Shown: one piece after another, positions 36,097-44,848 of the stretch
Layout of the letters: every line of letters begins with the position of its first letter
Numbering within the stretch: position 1 is the stretch's first letter
Origin: a bacterium
GTDB lineage: Bacteria > Krumholzibacteriota > Krumholzibacteriia > LZORAL124-64-63
Length of the DNA stretch: 64,000 nucleotides
Reading direction: 5' to 3'
NCBI GenBank assembly: GCA_016719645.1
Contig: JADJYS010000009.1
Span: forward strand, 108,022-172,021
Translations under genes and position numbers: made by a program
Notes under the pieces: model-generated
The model's input: the letters and a program-made list of their open reading frames with translations, nothing else
The model's database searches: none
Told to the model about the DNA's origin: nothing

Positions 36097-37146
36097 ATGC
36101 AAGTGATGACCGACCTCTTCGCGCGGATCTTCGGCGACGGCCTCTCGCCGGTCGGGCTCCTGGTCGCCGGCGGGCTGACCATGGCCCTGATCATGGCGCT
36201 GGTGATGGCCTCGTGCGCGATCGTCTTCACCTGGGCGGAGCGCAAGGTGGCCGGCTTCATCCAGAGCCGCTACGGCCCCATGCGCGTCGGCCGCTGGCAC
36301 GGCGTGCTGCAGCCGGTGGCGGACATGGTGAAGATCCTCGGCAAGGAGGACATCGTGCCGCGGGACGCGGACAAGCCGCTGTTCCTGCTGGCGCCCTTCG
36401 TGATCTTCATCGGCTCGCTGATGGCCTGGGCCGCGATCCCCTTCGCGCCCGGCTTCATCGCCGCCGACCTGGACCTGGGCCTGTTCTACATCTTCGCGGT
36501 CAGCAGCGCCGCGACCATCGGCATCCTGATGGCGGGCTGGGCCTCGAACAACAAGTGGTCCCTCTACGGCGCCGCCCGCGGCGCCGCGCAGGCCGTCAGC
36601 TACGAGATCCCGCTGGCCCTGGCCTGCATCCCGGTGGTGATGATCACCGGCTCGCTGAACATGAACGACATCGTGGTCGCGCAGCAGGGCGGCATCTGGC
36701 GCTGGCACTTCCTGCACGACCCCTTCCTGTTCGTGGCCTTCCTGCTGTACTTCGTGGCCTCGATCGCCGAGGTGAACCGCGGCCCCTTCGACCTGCCCGA
36801 GACCGAGTCGGAGCTGGTGGCCGGCTACCACACCGAGTACACCGGCATGCGCTTCGCGTTCTTCTTCCTGGCCGAGTACGCGAACCTGTTCCTGGTCTCC
36901 TGCGTGGCCACGGCGGTGTTCCTGGGCGGCTGGCAGCCGCTGTTCGGGCCGGTCTTCCTGCCGGGCCTGGTGTTCGTGATCAAGGCGGTGCTGCTGGTGC
37001 TGCTGCAGATGTGGCTGCGCTGGACGCTGCCGCGCCTGCGCGTGGACCAGCTGATGCACGTGTGCTGGAAGGTGATGGTGCCCCTGGCGCTGGTCTGCGT
37101 CCTGGGCGCCGGCATCTGGATGTTGGCGACGGGCCAGGCGGGCTGA
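36097..37146 (+). CDS. nuoH: NADH-quinone oxidoreductase subunit H
   Basis: The sequence contains WAERKVAGFIQSRYGPMRVG, GWASNNKWSLYGAARGAAQAVSYEIPL and AEVNRGPFDLPETESELVAGYHTEYTGMRFAFFFLAEY. It starts 4 nt after the nuoD stop, so there is no nuoEFG between them. Confidence 0.92.
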   Translation: MQVMTDLFARIFGDGLSPVGLLVAGGLTMALIMALVMASCAIVFTWAERKVAGFIQSRYGPMRVGRWHGVLQPVADMVKILGKEDIVPRDADKPLFLLAPFVIFIGSLMAWAAIPFAPGFIAADLDLGLFYIFAVSSAATIGILMAGWASNNKWSLYGAARGAAQAVSYEIPLALACIPVVMITGSLNMNDIVVAQQGGIWRWHFLHDPFLFVAFLLYFVASIAEVNRGPFDLPETESELVAGYHTEYTGMRFAFFFLAEYANLFLVSCVATAVFLGGWQPLFGPVFLPGLVFVIKAVLLVLLQMWLRWTLPRLRVDQLMHVCWKVMVPLALVCVLGAGIWMLATGQAG

Positions 37147-37169
37147 CCGTCGCGCCACCGGAGCGGAAC

Positions 37170-37730
37170 ATGACCCAGTATCTGCGCGGAATCTACGACG
37201 CGGTGGCCTCGGCCCTGAAGGGCATGAGGATCACCGCCAAGCACGTGGCGCGCAAGCCCGTCACGCTGCAGTACCCCGACGAGCGCTGGGTGCTGCCGGC
37301 GCGGTTCAAGGGCTTCATCATCAACGACACGAACCTCTGCGACGGCTGCCTGCGCTGCGCCAAGGTCTGCCCCGTGGACTGCATCTACATCGAGACCATG
37401 GGCAAGGGCAAGGACCGCTTCATGCACCGCTACGCGGTGGACTACAACAAGTGCATCTGGTGCGGTCTCTGCACCGAGGAGTGCCCGACCTTCGCCTGCC
37501 AGCACAGCCTCGACTACGACCACGCGCTCTACGACCGCAAGCGCCTGGTCTACGAGTTCGTCGACCCCGCGCACCCGGTGCCCTGCCACAAGGAGCGCCG
37601 CCTGCAGATGGGATTCTTCGTGGAGCAGGTCGCGGCGGCGCCGCCGGACCCCGACAAGATCGCCAAGGCGCCCCGGCGGGCGGACCTGCCGGAGGCGGCG
37701 CCCGGCGGCGCGGAAGGAGGGGGAGCGTGA
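37170..37730 (+). CDS. nuoI: NADH-quinone oxidoreductase subunit I (2x[4Fe-4S] ferredoxin-type)
   Basis: ATG 37170 lies inside the spurious ORF 36213..37730. The sequence contains CDGCLRCAKVCPVDCI and CIWCGLCTEECP. It has a Pro/Ala-rich C-terminal tail. Confidence 0.9.
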   Translation: MTQYLRGIYDAVASALKGMRITAKHVARKPVTLQYPDERWVLPARFKGFIINDTNLCDGCLRCAKVCPVDCIYIETMGKGKDRFMHRYAVDYNKCIWCGLCTEECPTFACQHSLDYDHALYDRKRLVYEFVDPAHPVPCHKERRLQMGFFVEQVAAAPPDPDKIAKAPRRADLPEAAPGGAEGGGA

Positions 37731-38269
37731 GCGGAGACCTCGTGTTCTACGGCTTCGCGCTGCTGACGGTGCTGTCGGGCTTCTTCGTCGTGGCCAGCCG
37801 CAACGTCGTGCACGCCGCCTTCAGCCTGCTGTTCACCCTGTTCGGGGTGGCCGGGCTCTACGCCCAGCTGGGGGCCGACTTCCTGGCCGTCACCCAGACC
37901 GTCGTCTACATCGGCGGCATCCTGGTGCTGGTCGTCTTCGCGGTGATGATGACGCGCATCCCGCGCAGCGACGCGCCGCGCCGCGGCCTCGACCGCGCCG
38001 TGCCCGCCGCGATCCTGGCCCTGCTGTCCTTCGCCCTGATCTACATGGTGATCGTGGGCGCCCGCTGGCCCGAGCGCGCGACCGGCGCCCCGGAGGCGAC
38101 CGTGGCCGAGATCGGCACGGGCCTGATGACGCGCTTCGTCTTCCCCTTCGAGTACGCCTCGCTGGTGCTGCTGGCGGCCATGGTCGGCGCGGCCATCCTG
38201 ATCCGCGAGCGCGCGCCGCAAGAGGACGACGGTGGCGACGACGGCGACGCGACGGAGGTGCAGCCATGA
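37727..38269 (+). CDS. nuoJ: NADH-quinone oxidoreductase subunit J
   Basis: GTG 37727 overlaps the nuoI stop. The sequence contains NVVHAAFSLLFTLFGVAGLYAQLGADFLAVTQTVVYIGGILVL and FEYASLVLLAAMVGA. Confidence 0.85.
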   Translation: MSGDLVFYGFALLTVLSGFFVVASRNVVHAAFSLLFTLFGVAGLYAQLGADFLAVTQTVVYIGGILVLVVFAVMMTRIPRSDAPRRGLDRAVPAAILALLSFALIYMVIVGARWPERATGAPEATVAEIGTGLMTRFVFPFEYASLVLLAAMVGAAILIRERAPQEDDGGDDGDATEVQP

Positions 38270-38574
38270 CCGTCGGCCTGGAGCACTACCTGACGGTGAG
38301 CGCCCTGCTCTTCGGGCTCGGCCTCTACGCGGTGCTGACGCGCCGCAACGCCGTCGCCCTGCTGATGGGCGTGGAGCTGATCCTCAACGCCGCGAACCTG
38401 AACTTCGTGGCCTTCGCCCGCTTCGTCGACGGCGGCGTCGACGGGCACATCGTGGCCGCCTTCGTCATCGTGCTGGCGGCGGCCGAGGCCGCCGTGGCCC
38501 TGGCGATCGTGCTGGCGATGTTCCGCAACTTCGGGACGGTCAACGTGGACACCGTCAACCGGCTGAAGCGATAA
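38266..38574 (+). CDS. nuoK: NADH-quinone oxidoreductase subunit K
   Basis: 102 aa containing LMGVELILNAANLNFVAF and AAAEAAVALAIVLAMFRN. ATGA overlaps the nuoJ stop. Confidence 0.9.
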   Translation: MTVGLEHYLTVSALLFGLGLYAVLTRRNAVALLMGVELILNAANLNFVAFARFVDGGVDGHIVAAFVIVLAAAEAAVALAIVLAMFRNFGTVNVDTVNRLKR

Positions 38575-38589
38575 GGGAGAAGCATCGCG

Positions 38590-40728
38590 ATGAGCGAACA
38601 TGCCATCCTGCTGACGGCGCTGGCGATCCTGCTGCTGCCGCTGCTGTCCTACGCGGTCCTCTTCTTCCTCGGGAAGAAGCTGCCGCGGCAGGGCGACTGG
38701 CTGGGCACGGGGCTGCTCGGCGTCGCCTGGCTGCTGTCCCTGCGGATCTTCGCCCGCTTCTGGGCCGCCGGCGACCCGGGCCTGCGGGTCGAGGGCGGCG
38801 TGCGCTGGCTCGACCTGGGCCGCTTCACGGCCGACGCCGGCATCCTGGTCGACGGCATGACCGCGATCATGCTGGTGGTGGTGACCACCGTCAGCTTCCT
38901 GGTGCACCTGTTCTCGATCGGCTACATGCACGGCGACCGGCGCTACGAGCGCTTCTTCGCCTTCCTGGGCTTCTTCACCTTCTCGATGCTCGGCATCGTG
39001 CTCAGCAACAGCCTGCTGTTCCTGTACGTGTTCTGGGAGCTGGTGGGCCTGGCGAGCTACCTGCTGATCGGCTTCTTCTTCCACAAGCCGTCGGCCGCCG
39101 CCGCCAACAAGAAGGCCTTCCTGACCAACCGCGTCGGCGACTTCGGCTTCTTCCTGGGCATCCTCATCTTCTTCACGGCCTACGGGACCTTCAACTACTT
39201 CGAGCTGTTCGCCGCCGCGCACCTCAGCCCGCTCTCGGGCGGCCTGCTGACCCTGGCGGGCGTCGGCCTGTTCATGGGCTGCGTCGGCAAGTCGGCGCAG
39301 GCCCCGCTGCACATCTGGCTGCCCGACGCCATGGAGGGCCCCACGCCGGTCAGCGCCCTGATCCACGCCGCGACGATGGTCGCCGCCGGCGTCTACATGG
39401 TCGCGCGCCTGCTGCCCCTGTTCGACCCCAACGCCCTGCTGGTGGTGGCCTACGTGGGCGCGATCACGGCCTTCCTGGGCGCGACCATCGCCGTGGTCAA
39501 GACCGACATCAAGAAGTCCCTGGCCTACTCCACCATCAGCCAGCTGGGCTACATGGTGATGGCGATGGGCGTCGGCGTCGCCTCGGCCGGCATGTTCCAC
39601 CTCTGGACGCACGCCTTCTTCAAGGCCCTGCTCTTCCTCGGCTCCGGCTCGGTCATCCACGCCGTCCACACGCAGGAGATGCCGCTGATGGGCGGCCTGC
39701 GCCGGAAGATGCCGATCACCTTCTGGACCTTCCTGATCGCGACCCTCGCCATCTCGGGCGTGCCGTTCTTCTCGGGCTTCTACTCCAAGGACGCCATCCT
39801 GGCCGGCGCGCTGGCCTTCGGCATGACGAAGGCGCACTACGTGCCCTTCCTGCTGGCCCTGGCCGCGGCCGGGCTCACGGCCTTCTACATGTTCCGCATG
39901 GTGTTCCTGACCTTCATGGGCAAGCCCCGCGACGAGGAGCGCCACCACCACGCCCACGAGTCGCCCTGGACGATGACGGTGCCGCTGGTGACGCTGGCCG
40001 TCCTGGCCGTGGTCTCCTCCGGCTGGCGCGGGCCGGCCGACGGCTGGTTCTCGCGCTTCGTGGCGCCGTACGACATGGCGCGCATCGTCGCGCAGACGCC
40101 CGGCGCGCCGCATGCCGACGAAGTCCACGCGGTTCCGGCCACCGCCCACGACGAGCCCGCCCTGCCGCAGGAACCGCACGGCGAGCCCGTGCACGCGGAG
40201 GCGACGCACGAGGCGCCCGCCCACGGCGAAGCGGCCCACGGCGACGCCCACGACGCCCACGTCCACCACACCGCCCACATCGCGGCCATGATCCTCTCGA
40301 TCCTGGTCGCCGGCCTGGGCATCCTGGTCTCGTGGCTGACCTACATCCGCGGGCGCATCAGCGCGCCGGCGGTCCTGGCGCGGCTGCCGCGCGTGCACCA
40401 CGTCCTGCAGAACATGTACTTCTTCGACGAGTTCTACGCGGCGACGGTCTACCGCTTCACGCTGTGGTTCAGCTGGCTCAACGGCGCCTTCGACCGCCTG
40501 GTGATCGACGGCATCGTCAACGGCATGGGGTACCTGACCCGCGTGCTGAGCTGGTTCGCCGGCCTCGCGGACCGGTACGTCGTCGACGGTCTGGTCAACG
40601 GTGTGGGCGCGGTGATCCAGGGAGCCGGCGAGGGCTTCCGCCGCCTCCAGACCGGGCGGGTGCAGTCGTACCTGGCGTACGCCTGCTTCTCCGTCCTGTT
40701 GCTCGTGTTCGTCTTCCGCGCCCTGTAG
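38590..40728 (+). CDS. nuoL: NADH-quinone oxidoreductase subunit L (with His-rich insertion)
   Basis: The sequence contains WELVGLASYLLIGFFF, GKSAQAPLHIWLPDAMEGPTPVSALIHAATMV and the C-terminal lateral-helix region NMYFFDEFY...IDGIVNG...LQTGRVQSY. Confidence 0.92.
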   Translation: MSEHAILLTALAILLLPLLSYAVLFFLGKKLPRQGDWLGTGLLGVAWLLSLRIFARFWAAGDPGLRVEGGVRWLDLGRFTADAGILVDGMTAIMLVVVTTVSFLVHLFSIGYMHGDRRYERFFAFLGFFTFSMLGIVLSNSLLFLYVFWELVGLASYLLIGFFFHKPSAAAANKKAFLTNRVGDFGFFLGILIFFTAYGTFNYFELFAAAHLSPLSGGLLTLAGVGLFMGCVGKSAQAPLHIWLPDAMEGPTPVSALIHAATMVAAGVYMVARLLPLFDPNALLVVAYVGAITAFLGATIAVVKTDIKKSLAYSTISQLGYMVMAMGVGVASAGMFHLWTHAFFKALLFLGSGSVIHAVHTQEMPLMGGLRRKMPITFWTFLIATLAISGVPFFSGFYSKDAILAGALAFGMTKAHYVPFLLALAAAGLTAFYMFRMVFLTFMGKPRDEERHHHAHESPWTMTVPLVTLAVLAVVSSGWRGPADGWFSRFVAPYDMARIVAQTPGAPHADEVHAVPATAHDEPALPQEPHGEPVHAEATHEAPAHGEAAHGDAHDAHVHHTAHIAAMILSILVAGLGILVSWLTYIRGRISAPAVLARLPRVHHVLQNMYFFDEFYAATVYRFTLWFSWLNGAFDRLVIDGIVNGMGYLTRVLSWFAGLADRYVVDGLVNGVGAVIQGAGEGFRRLQTGRVQSYLAYACFSVLLLVFVFRAL

Positions 40729-40755
40729 CGGTGCTACCCCGAGAGGAGCGTCTCG

Positions 40756-42252
40756 ATGGCTGACCATCTCCTGTCCTGGATGACCTTCGCGCCGGTCATC
40801 GGCGCGGCGGTGATCGCCGGCCTGCCCGGCCGGTACAAGGACCTCACCAAGTGGATCGCCGCGGCGGCGACCGCCGTGCCGCTGCTGCTGGCGGTGCAGC
40901 TCTTCCTGCAGTTCGACCGCACCACGGCGAACATGCAGTTCACGGAGCACTACACCTGGATCAAGAGCTTCAACATCGAGTACTTCCTGGGCGTGGACGG
41001 CCTGAGCGTGCCGATGGTGCTGCTGACGGCCCTGCTGTCGTTCCTCTGCATCATCGCCTCCTGGCGGATCGAGAAGGCGGTGAAGGGCTACTTCAGCCTC
41101 TTCCTGCTGCTCGAGGCCGGCATGATGGGCGTGTTCTGCGCGCTGGACTTCTTCCTGTTCTACGTGTTCTGGGAAGTGATGCTGCTGCCGATGTACTTCC
41201 TGATCGGCATCTGGGGCGGCCCCCGCAAGGAGTACGCCGCCATCAAGTTCTTCCTGTACACGCTGGCCGGCTCGGTGCTGATGCTGCTGGCGATGATCGC
41301 CTTCTACTACAACGTGAAGGACCCGGTCACCGGCGGCCACACCTTCAACATGCTGCACATGATGGACCAGGCCAACCACGGCGGCATCCTCGCGCTGTCC
41401 AACGTGCGCTTCGTGATCTGGATGGGCCTGTTCATCGGCTTCGCCATCAAGGTGCCGGTGTTCCCGTTCCACACCTGGCTGCCCGACGCCCACGTCGAGG
41501 CGCCCACGGCCGTCTCGGTCATCCTGGCCGGCGTGCTGCTGAAGATGGGCACCTACGGCCTGCTGCGCATCAGCTACCCGATGCTGCCCGACCAGGCCGT
41601 CGGCTTCATGGTGCCGATGGCGATCCTCGGCGCGATCAACATCCTCTACGGCGCCTTCTGCGCCATGGCGCAGACGGACATGAAGAAGCTCGTGGCCTAC
41701 TCCTCGGTCAGCCACATGGGCTACGTGCTGCTGGGCATGTCGGCGATGAACGAGGTCGGCATCAACGGCGCCGTGCTGCAGATGTTCAACCACGGCACGA
41801 TCACGGCCATGATGTTCCTCTGCGTGGGCGTCATCTACGACCGCGCCCACCACCGCGACATCAACGGCTTCGGCGGCCTGGGCCTGCAGCTGCCGGTCTA
41901 CACCTCGGTCTTCTCGTTCGCGCTGTTCGCGGCCGTCGGCCTGCCCGGCCTGAGCGGCTTCGTCAGCGAGGCGATGGTCTTCATCGGCGCCTTCCCGACG
42001 CACCGCACGATCACCATCGTCAGCGCCCTGGGCATCGTCGTGGGCGCCGCCTACGTGCTGTGGATGCTGCAGCGCGTGTTCCTGGGCGAGAAGAACGCGA
42101 AGTACGACTCGCTGCCCGAGATCAGCGCCCGCGAGCTGTTCACCCTGGTGCCCATCGGCATCATCGTGCTGGTCCTGGGCGTCTACCCGATGCCCGTGCT
42201 CGACCTGATGAAGGTGTCGCTGAACCATCTGATCAAGGTCGTGGCCGGCTAG
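40756..42252 (+). CDS. nuoM: NADH-quinone oxidoreductase subunit M
   Basis: The sequence contains FYVFWEVMLLPMYFLIGIWGG, KVPVFPFHTWLPDAHVEAPTAVSVILAGVLLK and AYSSVSHMGYVLLG. Confidence 0.92.
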   Translation: MADHLLSWMTFAPVIGAAVIAGLPGRYKDLTKWIAAAATAVPLLLAVQLFLQFDRTTANMQFTEHYTWIKSFNIEYFLGVDGLSVPMVLLTALLSFLCIIASWRIEKAVKGYFSLFLLLEAGMMGVFCALDFFLFYVFWEVMLLPMYFLIGIWGGPRKEYAAIKFFLYTLAGSVLMLLAMIAFYYNVKDPVTGGHTFNMLHMMDQANHGGILALSNVRFVIWMGLFIGFAIKVPVFPFHTWLPDAHVEAPTAVSVILAGVLLKMGTYGLLRISYPMLPDQAVGFMVPMAILGAINILYGAFCAMAQTDMKKLVAYSSVSHMGYVLLGMSAMNEVGINGAVLQMFNHGTITAMMFLCVGVIYDRAHHRDINGFGGLGLQLPVYTSVFSFALFAAVGLPGLSGFVSEAMVFIGAFPTHRTITIVSALGIVVGAAYVLWMLQRVFLGEKNAKYDSLPEISARELFTLVPIGIIVLVLGVYPMPVLDLMKVSLNHLIKVVAG

Positions 42253-42277
42253 CCGCTGCCGCGACGGGGAGAAGCCC

Positions 42278-43759
42278 GTGAGCGTGGACATGCTGCAGAT
42301 CCCGGACTGGTCGGACCTGGGCGGCTTCCTGCCCGAGACCGTGATGTTCGGCGCCTTCCTGCTGGCCCTGCTGGGCGACCTGGTCGCCCGCCGGCGGCCG
42401 GTCGTGCCCTTCGCCATCGCCCTGGCCGGCGCCCTGGCGGCGCTGGGCCTCGCCTTCGCCGGCCTGGACGCGCCCGAGCGCACGATCCTGGGCGGCCTGG
42501 TCGTCGTGGACGGGCTGGCGGGCTTCTTCCGCATCCTGTTCGCCGTGGTCGCGGTGGCGACGATGCTGATCTCCTGGGCGAGCGAGGAGGTCATGGGGCG
42601 GACCCGCGAGAACAAGGGCGAGTACTACGCCCTGATCGCGCTGATGACCGGCGGCATGATGGTCATGGCCGAGGCCCGCGACCTGCTGATGCTCTACCTG
42701 TCGCTGGAGCTGGTCTCGCTCAGCAGCTACGTCATGGCCGGCTACATGCGCAACAGCCTGCGCGCGACCGAGGCCTCGCTGAAGTACGTGATCTTCGGGG
42801 CGGTCAGCTCCGGCGTCATGCTCTACGGCCTGTCGCTGCTCTACGGCCTGACCGGCTCGCTGACCTACGCCGGCATCCGCGACGCCCTGGCCGCCGGCGC
42901 CGGCGACCCGCTGTCCCTGCTGACGGTCTGCGTGCTGCTGCTGGCGGGCTTGGGCTACAAGATCGCCATGGTGCCCTTCCACTTCTGGGCGCCCGACGTC
43001 TACGAGGGCGCGCCCACGCCGGTCGCCGCCTTCTTCTCGGTCGGCCCCAAGGCGGCGGGCTTCGCCATGATGATCCGCTTCTTCTACACGACGATGCAGC
43101 CGGCGGTCGACCGCGTCGACTGGCGCCTGCTGATCGCCGTGCTGTCGGTCGCGACGATGACCTACGCCAACCTCGTCGCCGTGCGCCAGACCAACGTGAA
43201 GCGCCTGCTGGCCTACTCCAGCATCGCCCACGCCGGCTACCTGCTGATGGGCTTCCTGATGCTGACCGCGGCGGGCCTGCAGGCGATCCTCTTCTACCTG
43301 CTCGTCTACGCGCTGATGAACCTGGGCGCCTTCCTGTTCGTGGTCGCCCTGAACAACTCGCTCAAGAGCGAGCACATCGACGACTACGCCGGCCTCGGCT
43401 TCCGCTCGCCCTGGGCGGCCGCGATGATGACCGTGTTCCTGTTCTCGCTGACCGGCCTGCCGCCGACCGCCGGCTTCATCGGGAAGTTCTACCTGTTCGC
43501 CGCGGTCATGCAGGAGGGCTGGTACTGGCTGGCGATCGTGGGCGTGCTCAACAGCGTGGTGAGCCTCTTCTACTACATGAAGATCGCGCGCACGATGTAC
43601 TTCACGAAGGCGCCCGCCGACGCGCCCGCGGTGCCGATCGCGCCGCTGCACTACGTCATGATGGTCCTGCTGGCGGTCCCGACCCTGATCCTCGGCCTAT
43701 ACTGGGGCGGCTTCAAGGACCTGGCCGACCGGGCCATCCAGCACTTCACCGCGATCTAG
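42278..43759 (+). CDS. nuoN: NADH-quinone oxidoreductase subunit N
   Basis: The sequence contains YKIAMVPFHFWAPDVYEGAPTPVAAFFSVGPKAAGF and LLAYSSIAHAGYLLMG. The start is GTG 42278, with ATG 42290 as an alternative. Confidence 0.9.
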   Translation: MSVDMLQIPDWSDLGGFLPETVMFGAFLLALLGDLVARRRPVVPFAIALAGALAALGLAFAGLDAPERTILGGLVVVDGLAGFFRILFAVVAVATMLISWASEEVMGRTRENKGEYYALIALMTGGMMVMAEARDLLMLYLSLELVSLSSYVMAGYMRNSLRATEASLKYVIFGAVSSGVMLYGLSLLYGLTGSLTYAGIRDALAAGAGDPLSLLTVCVLLLAGLGYKIAMVPFHFWAPDVYEGAPTPVAAFFSVGPKAAGFAMMIRFFYTTMQPAVDRVDWRLLIAVLSVATMTYANLVAVRQTNVKRLLAYSSIAHAGYLLMGFLMLTAAGLQAILFYLLVYALMNLGAFLFVVALNNSLKSEHIDDYAGLGFRSPWAAAMMTVFLFSLTGLPPTAGFIGKFYLFAAVMQEGWYWLAIVGVLNSVVSLFYYMKIARTMYFTKAPADAPAVPIAPLHYVMMVLLAVPTLILGLYWGGFKDLADRAIQHFTAI

Positions 43760-43768
43760 AGGAGACCC

Positions 43769-44842
43769 ATGCGCACGCTCGTCCTCGCCGCCCTGGCCGT
43801 CGCGGCCGCGGCCTCCCTCGCCAGCGCCGAGACCCCCCCGGCCGCGCCCGGCGCGACGCTCGACTGGCGCGAGGGCCGCCCCTGGACCGAGGTCGTCGCC
43901 GAGGCGACCGCCGCCGGCAAGCCCATCTTCATCGACTTCTTCGCCACCTGGTGCGGGCCCTGCAAGATGCTCGACGCGCAGGTCTACAACCGGCCCGAGG
44001 TGATCGCGGAGCTGGGCAAGCTCGTCACCTACAAGGTCGACGTGGACCTGGAGGCGTTCAAGCCGCTGGCCAAGCAGTTCGGCGTCAAGGCCATGCCCAC
44101 GATGGTCCTCTGCAAGCCCGACGGCACCGAGATCGACCGCTTCCTGGGCTTCCGCCCCGCCGAGGAGTTCCTCGCGACGGTCGTCGACTACGCCGCCGGC
44201 CGCAACACGCTCGCCGACCTGCAGGCGCGCACCGCCGCGTCCCCCGACGACCCCGCGCTGCTCGGCCGCCTCGGCGCCAAGTACGCCGAACGCGGCGAAG
44301 CCGAACCGGCCCGCACGGCCCTGACCCGCGTGCTCGAACTGGATCCCGCCAACGCCGGCGGCCACGCCGCCCCGGCCCTGCAGGCGCTGGCCGAGCTGGA
44401 GGCCATGGACCGCAACTACCCGGCGGCCGTCGCGCACCTGCAGCGCCTGCTGGCGGAGTTCCCCGCCGCCGTGGACCGCGCCGAGATCCTCGGCTTCACG
44501 GCCTGGGCGCAGGGCCGCACCGGCGACCTGCCCGGCCAGTCCGCCACCTACCGCGAGCTGCTCAAGCTGAACCCGGACGACGTCCGCACCCTCAACGCCC
44601 TGGCCTGGTCCCTGTCGGAGCAGAAGCAGGGCCTCGAGGAGGCCACGACCCACGCCCTGCGCGCCGCCGAGCTGAGCGGCGACGACCCCGAGGTCTGCGA
44701 CACGGTGGCCGTGGTCTACTACGCGCGCGGGATGACGACGGAGGCGCTGGCTTGGATCGACAAGGCGATCGCGAAGGATCCGGGGAACGAGTCTTATCGG
44801 CAGCGGCGCGAGGTCATGGTGGAGGAGACGGCCGGGAAGTGA
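43769..44842 (+). CDS. secreted thioredoxin-fold (WCGPC) protein fused to TPR repeats
   Basis: It starts 9 nt after the nuoN stop with SD GAGGAG. Signal peptide MRTLVLAALAVAAAASLASA. The active site is FIDFFATWCGPCKMLD. The C-terminal half carries TPR-like repeats (ALLGRLGAKYAERGEAEPARTALTRVLELDP...). Confidence 0.85.
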   Translation: MRTLVLAALAVAAAASLASAETPPAAPGATLDWREGRPWTEVVAEATAAGKPIFIDFFATWCGPCKMLDAQVYNRPEVIAELGKLVTYKVDVDLEAFKPLAKQFGVKAMPTMVLCKPDGTEIDRFLGFRPAEEFLATVVDYAAGRNTLADLQARTAASPDDPALLGRLGAKYAERGEAEPARTALTRVLELDPANAGGHAAPALQALAELEAMDRNYPAAVAHLQRLLAEFPAAVDRAEILGFTAWAQGRTGDLPGQSATYRELLKLNPDDVRTLNALAWSLSEQKQGLEEATTHALRAAELSGDDPEVCDTVAVVYYARGMTTEALAWIDKAIAKDPGNESYRQRREVMVEETAGK

Positions 44843-44848
44843 CCGGTT

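Noticed and set aside
38041-42615. A 1524-aa minus-strand ORF, the longest in the track.
   Set aside because: It is antisense to nuoJ-K-L-M-N, which carry unmistakable motifs. Its translation is Arg/Gly/Ala/Asp/His-rich low complexity with no recognisable domain. This is a typical stop-poor antisense frame in about 70% GC DNA.
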